From NCBI GenBank assembly GCA_044220955.1, contig JBGAQA010000048.1, forward strand, positions 1 through 48,217: a stretch of DNA of 48,217 nt, read 5' to 3'. Positions 1 to 8,711 of this stretch are shown here, piece after piece (the first letter of the stretch is position 1; each line of letters starts with the position of its first letter). The translations under genes and the position numbers were made by a program. The notes beneath the pieces were generated by a model that made no database searches, was not told the origin of the DNA, and was given only the letters and a program-made list of their open reading frames with translations. The stretch comes from Sandaracinaceae bacterium. GTDB lineage: Bacteria; Myxococcota_A; Polyangia; Polyangiales; Sandaracinaceae.

Positions 1-1134
1 CCCGAGACGCTGGTGCCAGCGCTCGAGCGCCTCACCGAGCTCGCGACGAGCGCGCTCGGAGACCCTGCGTTCGTGGGGGCGCTCGCGTGGGAGCTCCGCG
101 ACTTCGTCGGGCGACCGACCGCTTTGACCCTGGCGTCGCGCCTGAGCGAGCACGCGGGCGCCGAGATCTGGCTCAAGCGCGAGGATCTCGCGCACACGGG
201 CGCCCACAAGATCAACAACGCCGTCGGCCAGGCGCTCCTGGCCAAGCGCCTCGGAGCACGGCGCGTCGTGGCCGAGACGGGCGCTGGTCAGCACGGCGTG
301 GCCACCGCCGCGGCCTGCGCGCGCCTCGGCATCGGCTGCGTCGTGTACATGGGGGCCGTCGACGTCGCCCGACAGGCGCCCAACGTGGACCGCATGCAGC
401 GCCTGGGCGCCGAGGTCGTCCCCGTGACGACCGGCGATGCGACGCTGCGCGCCGCGATCGACGAGGCGATGCGCGACTGGGTCGCCGACCCGGAGTCCAC
501 GTACTACCTGCTCGGCTCGGTCGTGGGCCCGCACCCCTACCCGTGGCTCGTGCGCGAGCTGCAGGCGGTGATCGGGCGCGAGGCACGCGCGCAGCTCCTC
601 GAGCGCGCCGCCACGCTCCCCGACGCGGTCGTCGCGTGCGTCGGCGGCGGATCGAACGCGATCGGCCTGTTCCACGCCTTCCTCGACGACCCGAGCGTCG
701 ACGTGCTCGGGATCGAGGCGGGCGGCGTCGGCAGCGCGAGAGGCGAGCACTCGGCCACCCTCGGCCGCGGTCGGCCGGGCGTCCTGCACGGCTGCCACAC
801 GATGCTGCTCCAGGACGAGCACGGGCAGGTCACGCGGACGCGCTCGATCTCCGCCGGGCTCGACTACGCCGCGGTCGGTCCCGAGCACGCCTATCTGCAG
901 CACGTCGGGCGCGTCCGCTACGAGACCGCCCTCGACGACGAGGCGCTCGCGGCGCTCGATCTCACGTGCCGGCTGGAGGGGATTCTGCCGGCGCTCGAGT
1001 CGTCCCACGCGATCGCAGGAGCGCTGCGCCTCGCCGAGCGGCGGCCGGGTGCGCGCATCCTCGTCGGCGTCTCCGGCCGCGGCGACAAGGACCTGCCATC
1101 CCTGCTGGCGCGGGCGGCGGGAGGTGCGCGATGA
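1..1134 (+). CDS. trpB: Tryptophan synthase beta chain (5'-truncated by window edge)
   Basis: Frame is open from base 1 (PETLVPALE...). PLP-lysine motif LAHTGAHKINN, AETGAGQHG, VGGGSNAIG, SISAGLDY and SGRGDKD are present. Stop overlaps the trpA start (ATGA at 1131-1134). Confidence 0.97.
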   Translation, partial: PETLVPALERLTELATSALGDPAFVGALAWELRDFVGRPTALTLASRLSEHAGAEIWLKREDLAHTGAHKINNAVGQALLAKRLGARRVVAETGAGQHGVATAAACARLGIGCVVYMGAVDVARQAPNVDRMQRLGAEVVPVTTGDATLRAAIDEAMRDWVADPESTYYLLGSVVGPHPYPWLVRELQAVIGREARAQLLERAATLPDAVVACVGGGSNAIGLFHAFLDDPSVDVLGIEAGGVGSARGEHSATLGRGRPGVLHGCHTMLLQDEHGQVTRTRSISAGLDYAAVGPEHAYLQHVGRVRYETALDDEALAALDLTCRLEGILPALESSHAIAGALRLAERRPGARILVGVSGRGDKDLPSLLARAAGGAR

Positions 1135-1880
1135 GCGCCGGGTCGCTCGAGGCGGCGCTCGGTGCCGGCGCGCCGAAGATCGTCGCCTACCTGACGGCCG
1201 GCTTTCCCGACCGCGAGCGCTTCCTCGCCGCGCTCGACGCGCTCGAGTCGTCCGCCGACGCCGTCGAGATCGGCGTGCCCTTCAGCGACCCGATGGCCGA
1301 CGGGCCGACCATCCAGCGCTCGAGTCAGGTCGCGCTCGCCGCGGGCGCGACGCTGGGCGGCACGCTCTCGGATCTCGAGGCGCGCCCGCCGCGCAGGCCC
1401 CGGGTGCTGATGAGCTACCTGAGCCCGCTGCTCGCGCTCCCCCACGACGCCCTCGCGCCGAGGCTCGCGCGCGCGCACGTCGACGCCGTGGTCGTCCCCG
1501 ACCTCCCGCACGAGGAGAGCGACGCGCTTCGCGAGGCGCTGGCCCGCGAGGGCGTCGCGCTCGTGGCGATGGTGACGCCGCTGACCCGCCCCGGGCGCAT
1601 GGAAGCGATCGCGCGTGCCGCGCGCGGCTTCGTCTATGCCGTCACGGCCACCGGCACCACCGGCGGGACCCTCGCCGATCCCGCCGGCGTCGCGCGCTAC
1701 CACGAGCGAGTCCGCGCGCTCGCGACCGTCCCGGTGATCGCGGGCTTCGGCGTCCGCACCCGCGCGCACGTCGCGGCGCTCTGTCCACCGGCCCACGGCG
1801 TCGTGGTCGGCAGCGCGCTCGTCGACGCGCTCGAGGCGCGCGAGCCGCTCGGGGCCCTCGTCGGCGCGCTCCGCCCCTGA
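1131..1880 (+). CDS. trpA: Tryptophan synthase alpha chain
   Basis: C-terminal part of ORF 87..1880: YLTAGFP, EIGVPFSDPMADGPTIQ, VPDLP, GFVYAV, AGFGV, GVVVGSA. Translationally coupled to trpB. Confidence 0.95.
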   Translation: MSAGSLEAALGAGAPKIVAYLTAGFPDRERFLAALDALESSADAVEIGVPFSDPMADGPTIQRSSQVALAAGATLGGTLSDLEARPPRRPRVLMSYLSPLLALPHDALAPRLARAHVDAVVVPDLPHEESDALREALAREGVALVAMVTPLTRPGRMEAIARAARGFVYAVTATGTTGGTLADPAGVARYHERVRALATVPVIAGFGVRTRAHVAALCPPAHGVVVGSALVDALEAREPLGALVGALRP

Positions 1881-1890
1881 CGCGCCCGCC

Positions 1891-3072
1891 TCACGAGAGG
1901 ACGCGCGCCAGCGTGCACTTGAGGTAGTCGCCCTCGGGAAACGCCGCGAGCCGCGGGTGGTCCGCGGGGGCGCCCCAGCGCTCGAGGATCTGCAGGACCG
2001 CCCCGACCTTCTCGGCCGCCTCGACGAGCGTGCGATCGAAGAGCTCGCGCCCGACGTGGCTCGAGCACGACGCCGCGAGATACAGCGCCCCCGGCGCGAG
2101 CAGGCGCAGGCAGCTCCGGTGCAGGGACCGGTAGCTGCGCACGGCGTCCGGCACCGACGCCTCGTTCGGCGCGAAGCTCGGCGGGTCCGAGACGATCAGA
2201 TCGAAGCGCGCCTCGCGCGCGCGCAGTCCCTCGAGCACCTTCGGCACGTCGCCGGCGATCGCCTCGTGCGCGTCCGCGGGCAGGCCGTTCCGCGCCCAGC
2301 CCTCGTCGGCGAGCGCGAGGGCGCCGGAGGCCACGTCCACCGTCGTGACGTGCCGCGCACCCCCGAGCCCGGCCGCGATCGAGAAGCCGCCGGTGTACCC
2401 GTAGAGGTTCAGCACGCGCGCGCCCCGCGCGAGCTGTCGGGCCCTGAGGCGCGACTCGCGGTGATCCAAGAACATGCCCGTCTTCTGGCCGCTCGCGAGG
2501 TCGACCCGCAGCCACATCCCGTGCTCGCGGACGTCGATGGGCCCGGCCGGAAGCGCACCGCGGGCGAGCTCCGTGGTCTTGCCCTCGCCGCGGCCGCGCC
2601 GGACCAGGATCGACTCCGCACGCCGCTCGCCGAGCACGTCGATCACGTGCGGCAGGAGCGTCTCGGCCGCGCTGCCGTCCGTCTTGACGACGATCGCGTC
2701 GGCATATCGATCGGCGACGATCCCCGGCAGCCCGTCTCCCTCGCCGTGCAGGAGGCGCAGCGCATCCGTGTCCGGGGGCGCGATCCGCGCGCGGAGCGCC
2801 AGCGCGTGCTCGACGCGCCGCAGGACGAGCGCGCGCTCGATGGGCTCGTCGCGGCGAGAGAGAACGCGCGCGCCGATCGGCCCCGCCTCCACCAGCGCGC
2901 GCGCCACGAAGCGCCCCTCGCGGTCCACGACGCGCACGTCGGTGCCGACGGGCTGCTCGTGGGGCAAGAGCGCGTCGCGCCAGATCCATGGATGCCCCGC
3001 CGCGATCGCGAAGCGCACGTCCTTGCGGAGCACGATCGCCGGTCCGCCCTCGCTGCGCCTGCGCTCCTTCAC
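1891..3072 (-). CDS. Class I SAM-dependent rRNA methyltransferase, RlmI/RlmK-like (PUA domain + MTase)
   Basis: GHPWIW, LLHGEGDGLPG..DRY, GQKTGMFLDHR, VLNLYGYTGGFS, FDLIVSDPPSFA, DHP..AFPEGDYLK motifs. Confidence 0.9.
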   Translation of the reverse strand: MKERRRSEGGPAIVLRKDVRFAIAAGHPWIWRDALLPHEQPVGTDVRVVDREGRFVARALVEAGPIGARVLSRRDEPIERALVLRRVEHALALRARIAPPDTDALRLLHGEGDGLPGIVADRYADAIVVKTDGSAAETLLPHVIDVLGERRAESILVRRGRGEGKTTELARGALPAGPIDVREHGMWLRVDLASGQKTGMFLDHRESRLRARQLARGARVLNLYGYTGGFSIAAGLGGARHVTTVDVASGALALADEGWARNGLPADAHEAIAGDVPKVLEGLRAREARFDLIVSDPPSFAPNEASVPDAVRSYRSLHRSCLRLLAPGALYLAASCSSHVGRELFDRTLVEAAEKVGAVLQILERWGAPADHPRLAAFPEGDYLKCTLARVLS

Positions 3073-3092
3073 TTGGCTACCGGCTCACGCAG

Positions 3093-3368
3093 CTACTGGA
3101 GCGTCGGCCCGGAGTCGATCGTCCCGAAGCGCTCCTCGTAGCGCGCGAGCGTGTCGCCGAGCGCGGCGTGGAAGCGCTTGGCGTGCTGCGGCGAGAGCAG
3201 GATGCGCGAGAGCAGCCACCCGCCCCGCCCCTGCACGAACGCGAAGTCGAGGACGAAGCTGTCCACGGAGCTGCCGACCTGGGCGAGGTTCGAGAAGCGG
3301 CCCTTGGCGACCTCGTCGTCCGCCTTGATCGTGATGTCGGGAGGATTCTCCGGTCGTCCGCGGTCCAT
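3093..3368 (-). CDS. DUF3467-family small protein
   Basis: DDEVAKGRFSNLA...FVLDF...SRILLSPQHAKRF...YEERFG pattern. SD-like GAGGTG upstream. Co-oriented 20 bp upstream of the methyltransferase. Confidence 0.8.
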   Translation of the reverse strand: MDRGRPENPPDITIKADDEVAKGRFSNLAQVGSSVDSFVLDFAFVQGRGGWLLSRILLSPQHAKRFHAALGDTLARYEERFGTIDSGPTLQ

Positions 3369-3511
3369 GCGTCACCTCGCGGCGGCTGATATAGCGCCCC
3401 CGGGCCCCGGAAGGAACCTCCGGGCGCCGGCGATGTCCTGCATGCATGGTCCACTCGAACGCGCTTCGCGCTCCCGGCACCCTCGCCGATCGCCCGGGGA
3501 GCGGGGGATCC

Positions 3512-4174
3512 ATGGCTGACGACCCGCGTATCCTGTTCTGCCCATTCTGCCGCGAGTGCTTCGAGGGAGAGGCTCGCTGCCCCGAGCACGATCTGGCGCT
3601 CGTGCCCTTCGAGAAGCTCCCGCGCACGGCCGAGGACGCCGCGGCCGATCTGCCGCGAGACGACGAGGAGCTCTCCGCGTTCGACGGGCGCTTCGGGCGC
3701 GCGATCGTGGCGGCGGGCGCGCTCACCATCCTCGCATCCTTCGCGATGACGTTCGTCGACATCACGGTGCAGGGCAGCGCCACGGGCTTCTCCGGCTTCG
3801 AGGCGGCGAGCGGCCGCGCGCCGAACCTGTGGACCGTGCCTTTCGTCGGCGTCGTGCTCGTCGCGATCCTGGCGCGGCGTCGCTCGCTCGCGAAGATGCG
3901 CGGCGCGCGCCTCTCGGTGATGCTGCTCGGCCTCGCGCCGCTCTTCGCGATCGGCTACTCGTACCTGCACGTGCTCGAGGGCGCCGCGGCGGCGACGACG
4001 AGCGCCGGCTCGCAGGCCATGCAGGTCTCTCCCGGACTCGGCGTCTTCGTCGCGGCGTTCGGGAGCGCCGTCGTCGCGCTCGGCGCCCGGCGACTCGGGC
4101 TCCTGCCGGCCGTGAAGGGACTCGGCCCGCCGCCCGCCGACCACGACACGCGCTCGCCCATCGATCGCGACTGA
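3512..4174 (+). CDS. Hypothetical membrane protein with N-terminal zinc-ribbon-like motif
   Basis: MADDPRILFCPFCRECFEGEARCPEHD (CxxC...CxxH) followed by about four hydrophobic segments. GGGAG/GGGGA upstream of the ATG. Confidence 0.75.
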   Translation: MADDPRILFCPFCRECFEGEARCPEHDLALVPFEKLPRTAEDAAADLPRDDEELSAFDGRFGRAIVAAGALTILASFAMTFVDITVQGSATGFSGFEAASGRAPNLWTVPFVGVVLVAILARRRSLAKMRGARLSVMLLGLAPLFAIGYSYLHVLEGAAAATTSAGSQAMQVSPGLGVFVAAFGSAVVALGARRLGLLPAVKGLGPPPADHDTRSPIDRD

Positions 4175-4177
4175 CGC

Positions 4178-4331
4178 GCCCTCACCCTCGCCCTCTCCCA
4201 CGAAGTGGGAGAGGGAGCCCGGCTCGAAGCCCTCTCCCACGGGCGGGGCTCGAGGCCCTCTCCCACGAACTGGGAGAGGGAACCCGGCTCGAAGCCCTCT
4301 CCCACGAAGTGGGAGAGGGTTGGGTGAGGGC
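4178..4331. repeat. Cluster of REP-like palindromes (BIME/REPIN-like) between convergent genes
   Basis: Hairpin unit CCCTCTCCCAC-GAA-(G/C)TGGGAGAGGG at 4191-4215, 4256-4280 and 4295-4319, plus a half unit at 4230-4240. Near-identical linkers A(G/A)CCCGGCTCGAAG. Terminal inverted ends GCCCTCACCC (4178) ... GGGTGAGGGC (4331). Confidence 0.85.
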
Positions 4332-4344
4332 CCGACCTCCCAGG

Positions 4345-5460
4345 TCAGTAGATCGTCCCGATCACGACGGCGTCGGTCGCGGTGAGGTCCGGCGTCGTCA
4401 TCCCGCCGATGAGGTAGTGGTGATCGAAGTCGGTCGCGTAGGCGCTCGCGGCGAGCGGGAGCGGGAGCGGCTCGGGCTCGTCGGCGAAGGTGGCCACGCG
4501 CCCGTCGGCGTCGACCGCCGCGCGGCGTACGCGCGCGCTGGGCAGGCCGTCGAAGGTGGACCCGTCGATGCCCCCGACGAGGTAGGCCTCCCGGCGGTAC
4601 ACGAAGACGGACGCCGTCACCGGCGGCCCTTCGATCGTCCCGACGACCTCCCAGCCGCTCACGCTCCGGTCCGCGCCGCGGGTCGTCCGGACGACGTCGG
4701 CGACGGGGCCGTCGTTGTTCTCGCCGCCGAGCACGTACACCTGCTGATCGACCACGAAGTAGGCGTGCCGCGCCCTCGGCGCGGGCAGGCTGGGCCCGAC
4801 GATCCAGTCGGGCGACGTGGCGTCGTTGCGGATCGGCGCGACGAGCACGCGCGCGCTCGGGACGTTGTTGACCATCCCGCCGACCAGGGCGTACGCGAGC
4901 GGGTCGAAGGGCGCGAACACGCCGAACGACTGTCCGTCCGCGAGCATCGGCGGAAATCGGCTCCAGTCGAACAGGTGGCCGTCGTTCGGGTCGCAATAGA
5001 TCGCGAGCACGACCGGCAGTGCGCCGTGCGTGAGGTCGCCGCCGCCGGCGATCGCCGCGCCGTGGTTGCCCATCGCGTCGTTGATCGGGAGGTTGCCGTG
5101 GCCGACGAGCCCGCGCGTGGCCCCCGCGGGCGCGATGTCGCCGATGCGCTGCCACGGCTCGAGCGTGTCGCCGGAGATGCGACTGCGATAGACGGCGCTC
5201 GACACGGTGCCGAGCGAGCCGCGCGACGCGCTCGATCCCCCGAACACGTAGACGTACGTGTCCATGTCGACCATGAACGTCTCGGCCGTCGCGTACGCGA
5301 GCGGCGTCGGCAGCGGCGGCCCCATCGCCCAGTGCACGCCGTGCAGGCCCGCGTCGGGCGTCGCGTCGAGGCCCGCGTCGTCCGGGGCCGGCGTCGCCGG
5401 CGCGCCACAGCCGAGCGCGAGCACGAGGGCGGAGAGAGAGAGAGGCGTCCGGGCGCGCAT
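4345..5460 (-). CDS. Kelch-repeat (beta-propeller) lipoprotein
   Basis: Signal peptide with lipobox LALGC. Repeated VYVFGG / YALVGG / VYVLGG / YLVGG / YLIGG and W..GPxLPxPR motifs. Start trimmed from ORF 4345..5709. Confidence 0.8.
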   Translation of the reverse strand: MRARTPLSLSALVLALGCGAPATPAPDDAGLDATPDAGLHGVHWAMGPPLPTPLAYATAETFMVDMDTYVYVFGGSSASRGSLGTVSSAVYRSRISGDTLEPWQRIGDIAPAGATRGLVGHGNLPINDAMGNHGAAIAGGGDLTHGALPVVLAIYCDPNDGHLFDWSRFPPMLADGQSFGVFAPFDPLAYALVGGMVNNVPSARVLVAPIRNDATSPDWIVGPSLPAPRARHAYFVVDQQVYVLGGENNDGPVADVVRTTRGADRSVSGWEVVGTIEGPPVTASVFVYRREAYLVGGIDGSTFDGLPSARVRRAAVDADGRVATFADEPEPLPLPLAASAYATDFDHHYLIGGMTTPDLTATDAVVIGTIY

Positions 5461-5466
5461 CGGGCA

Positions 5467-5511
5467 ACGATAGTCGGCGGAGCGAGCACGCGCGAGCCCA
5501 TGGCCTACACT
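5467..5511. promoter_or_regulatory. Putative divergent -10 elements driving leaderless transcripts
   Basis: Minus-strand TATCGT (5472-5467) lies 6 nt before ATG 5460; plus-strand TACACT (5506-5511) lies 6 nt before ATG 5518. No clear SD for either gene. Confidence 0.5.
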
Positions 5512-5517
5512 GGGACG

Positions 5518-5829
5518 ATGGACGCGGAGCTCGACTGCCTCGCCTGCGGCGCGTGCTGCCGCACTGGCCACGACGGGCGCATCTTGATCCCCGCGGCGGA
5601 CCTGGTCCGCTGGCGCGCGATCGGGCGCGCGGACCTCGCCTCGCGAACACAGCCCGGACACTTCGGCGAGCTCGGGTTCGCGACACGCGACGACGGGAGC
5701 TGCGTCCACCTCGGCGCACCGGCCGGGCCGAACGCGTGCGCGATCTACGAGATTCGCGGGACGACGTGCCGCGACTTCGAGCGTGGCGGCTGGCAGTGCC
5801 TCGAGTTCCGCCGGGAGCGTGGGCTGTGA
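5518..5829 (+). CDS. YkgJ-family cysteine-cluster (CxxCxxCC) protein
   Basis: DCLACGACC...CVHL...CAIYEIRGTTCRDF...C. Alternative ATG at 5500. Confidence 0.85.
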   Translation: MDAELDCLACGACCRTGHDGRILIPAADLVRWRAIGRADLASRTQPGHFGELGFATRDDGSCVHLGAPAGPNACAIYEIRGTTCRDFERGGWQCLEFRRERGL

Positions 5830-5855
5830 CGACTGGGCCTCTTGCGGCGACGCGG

Positions 5856-6401
5856 ATGCCCCGCACGTCCGCGCTCGCGCTGCTGGTGCTCGTCGTCGGG
5901 TGCGCGCCGCCCGTCCCGCACGCGGGTCCGCCCGTGCCGCGCGACGCCGGGCCGGGCACCGACACGGGCACCGTCGTAGTCACCGAGGAGCTTCCGACCC
6001 GCGGACCGGTGAGCGCGTCGACTCCGTCGGGCGCGTCCGGCGGACAGCAGCAGAGCCCGCCGCTCGACTGCGTGCCGGACGGGACCTACCGCGTGCTCGC
6101 CCTCGTCTGCGAGCGGACGATCGTCGGCGGTCCTGGAGCGACGTGGACGTTCTCGAACCACGGCACCCTGCTGCGCACCAGCGCGGGCCGCATCGCCACC
6201 GTCGAGTGCGAGCGCGCCGAGGACGGCCAGCCCGAGATCACGATCCACGGCAACGCGATCCCGCTCGTGAGCACGCCGACGAGCACGTGGTCGGCGATCG
6301 TGGACGGGCCGCGCTGCCTGGTGATGACGACCACCCAGCCGGTGGACTGCGCGGGGTGGGTCGCGACGCAGGCGCTCATCGACTTCGAGGGGCCGATCTA
6401 A
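5856..6401 (+). CDS. Hypothetical lipoprotein
   Basis: MPRTSALALLVLVVGC lipobox, RDAG linker, several Cys. Alternative GTG start at 5826 overlapping the upstream stop. Confidence 0.65.
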   Translation: MPRTSALALLVLVVGCAPPVPHAGPPVPRDAGPGTDTGTVVVTEELPTRGPVSASTPSGASGGQQQSPPLDCVPDGTYRVLALVCERTIVGGPGATWTFSNHGTLLRTSAGRIATVECERAEDGQPEITIHGNAIPLVSTPTSTWSAIVDGPRCLVMTTTQPVDCAGWVATQALIDFEGPI

Positions 6402-6421
6402 GCGAGAGCGAGAGCGAGAGC

Positions 6422-8644
6422 TCAGCGACCGCGCCTCGTCCTGCGTCGCCCGCCGCTCGAGCTCGGTGCAGGCGCCGTCGTCGTCGGCCGCGACCCGCGC
6501 CCGCCCGCCCCGGTGAGCCGCCAGAACACCTCGTCCGTGTGCACCGAGCCGCGCTCCTCGACGAGCTGCTGGTAGCCGCCGCTCATGCGCACGTCGGTCG
6601 CGTGCTGCGCCCACTGCTGCCACACGTAGTGCGTCAGCTCGCCGACGGTCGTCGTCGTGTCGTGCGGGTCGTCGTCGGCGTTGCCCTGGATGCCGAGCCG
6701 CAGGAAGTGCGACAGGTAGCCGCCCGCCTGGAACTGCAGCGCGACGCCGCTCGTCACGTCCTCCTCGCTCGAGAACATCCCGACGATGCCGGGGCGGTGG
6801 ACGACGTCCTTGGCGAAGCCGCCCGAGAAGCACGAGTCGAGCGCGAAGAGCGTCAGCGCGTGCACGCCGTCCAACCACTCGGCCATCTGGTCGTCGAGGA
6901 TCTCGCCGTCGTAGACGAAGATGAACTCGTCGTGCTGGTCGAGCTCGTTCGGGTCGTCGGTACGCGTGGCGCTCGCCTGCCCGCCGTGGCCCGACCAGAA
7001 GAACACGAACGTGTCGTTCGGCTGGATGCGGCTCGCGACCTGCTGGATCGCGCGGTGGATGCCCTCGCGCGTCGCCTGCCCGTCCACGAGCAGGAACTCG
7101 GTGTCCGTGGTGCTCAGGCCCTGGTTGTGCAGCGCCTCGACGATCTTGCGCGCGTCGTTCGCGCACTCCGGCAGGTGGTTGGCTGGATCGGGGTAGTCGG
7201 TGATGCCGGCGGAAACGACCCACACGCGCGTCGCCGAGCCAGGCGCCGCGACGGGCCCCGTCGGCGCCGCCGTCGGATCGGTCGGCGGCGTGGTGGGCGT
7301 GGGCGCGGGCGTCGTGGGCGCGCCGGTCCCGCTGCCGTTCACGACGAGGTCGTAGCCGCCGCTCATGCCGGGCGCGTAGCTCGTGACGAGCACGCGGTAT
7401 TGGCCGCCCTGCGAGGTGAAGTCGAGCGCGGCGTTCAGCACCCCGGGCGCCTGGTCGTCGTTGTCCTGCTGCTGGCCGTCGGGCGAGCGGAGGATGAGGT
7501 AGGTGTCGAACGCCGACGACACGGCCTCGAGGTGGACGGGCGTCCCGGCGGGGAAGTCGTAGTCGTACTCGTCGAAGAACTCGCCCGAGCGCAGCTGGCT
7601 GTCGCCGCTCGCGAGCTCGCCGTGCTCGGTGCGGACGCCCGCGGGCGCGGCGCTCGGGGGCGGCGCGGCGGGCGCGCTCGGCGCAGGCGGCGGAGGCGCC
7701 GCGCTCGTGCTCGGCCCCGAGGGCGCGCTCCCGGCGGGGGCGATCGTCAGCGCGTAGGGCCCCGACTCGCCCGCGCGGTAGCTCGTCGCGGCGATGCGGT
7801 ACTGGCCTGCGGTGGTGACGTCGAGGTCGAGCGAGGCGTCGCGCGAGCCGCCGCTGTCGTCGTTCTGCAGCCGCTCGTCGCCGGGCGTCGTGACGACGAG
7901 GAACGAGTCGATGCGCGTCGACTGCATCGAGATGGTGTAGCGGCCCGGCGTCGCTTCGAACGCGTAGTAGTCGGCGAACTCTCCGGACGGGAGCGTGGGG
8001 TCGCCGGCGGCGAGCGTGGCCTGGACCGAGTCACCGGCGCGCACGGACACGGCGGTCGGCTCCGCGCTCGGCGCCGACGGCGTCGCGCCCGCGATGTACG
8101 AGCGGAAGTTGCCGGGGAGCCGGTGGAACAGACCCGGTGCCACGACGGCGACGTTGGGCGCGTCGCCGCTACGCTCGGCGTGGACGTGGTAGGCGCCCGT
8201 CGCCCCGGGAGCGAACGAGGTCACCGAGATCTTCACGTCGCCGGCCGACGCGACGACGAAGTCGAGCTCGGAGCGCGTGCGGTCGCCCAGGACGTCGTCG
8301 TTGGTCAGCGTGCCGTCGCCCGGCAGCCCGACGCGGAGCACGGTGTCGAGCGCGGGGCCGGTGACCGTGACGTGCACGCGCTCGCCCGCGTCGGCGTGGA
8401 CCGTGTAGCGATCGACGTACATCGCCCCCATGCGCCCGTCGGTCGCCGCGAGCGAGCCGTCGGTGTCGAGCAGCACGTCGCCCGACGCGCCCGGAGCGGC
8501 GGCGGGAGCCGCAGCGACCGAGGAAGGCGGCGCCGAGCTCGGCGGCGCCGGAGAAGGTGCGGGCGCATCGCTCGATCCACATCCGACGGCGAGGAGGATC
8601 GGGAGGAGGAGGAGCCGACGAAGGAGGAACGATGAGGTCCGCAT
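6422..8644 (-). CDS. Lipoprotein with three PPC-like domains and a C-terminal caspase-family (peptidase C14) domain
   Basis: Lipobox LAVGC. Three repeats of D.Y....G......D..L....P.....NDD......L......G.Y.....S..G..G.Y. Caspase motifs CANDA, FFWSGHG (catalytic His) and LDSCFSG (catalytic Cys). Confidence 0.85.
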   Translation of the reverse strand: MRTSSFLLRRLLLLPILLAVGCGSSDAPAPSPAPPSSAPPSSVAAAPAAAPGASGDVLLDTDGSLAATDGRMGAMYVDRYTVHADAGERVHVTVTGPALDTVLRVGLPGDGTLTNDDVLGDRTRSELDFVVASAGDVKISVTSFAPGATGAYHVHAERSGDAPNVAVVAPGLFHRLPGNFRSYIAGATPSAPSAEPTAVSVRAGDSVQATLAAGDPTLPSGEFADYYAFEATPGRYTISMQSTRIDSFLVVTTPGDERLQNDDSGGSRDASLDLDVTTAGQYRIAATSYRAGESGPYALTIAPAGSAPSGPSTSAAPPPPAPSAPAAPPPSAAPAGVRTEHGELASGDSQLRSGEFFDEYDYDFPAGTPVHLEAVSSAFDTYLILRSPDGQQQDNDDQAPGVLNAALDFTSQGGQYRVLVTSYAPGMSGGYDLVVNGSGTGAPTTPAPTPTTPPTDPTAAPTGPVAAPGSATRVWVVSAGITDYPDPANHLPECANDARKIVEALHNQGLSTTDTEFLLVDGQATREGIHRAIQQVASRIQPNDTFVFFWSGHGGQASATRTDDPNELDQHDEFIFVYDGEILDDQMAEWLDGVHALTLFALDSCFSGGFAKDVVHRPGIVGMFSSEEDVTSGVALQFQAGGYLSHFLRLGIQGNADDDPHDTTTTVGELTHYVWQQWAQHATDVRMSGGYQQLVEERGSVHTDEVFWRLTGAGGRGSRPTTTAPAPSSSGGRRRTRRGR

Positions 8645-8711
8645 GCCACATGCTACGCGCGTCGGACGGATTTGTTCACCCGCCCTCCGCGCGCGTGTGG
8701 TGAGAGAGCCG

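Noticed and set aside
4178..4331. CRISPR array
   Set aside because: Linkers are only ~14 bp and nearly identical rather than unique spacers, there are few units, and no cas genes are in the window.
6401..6420. (AGCGAG)3 microsatellite between convergent genes
   Set aside because: Too short and non-coding to support any function.
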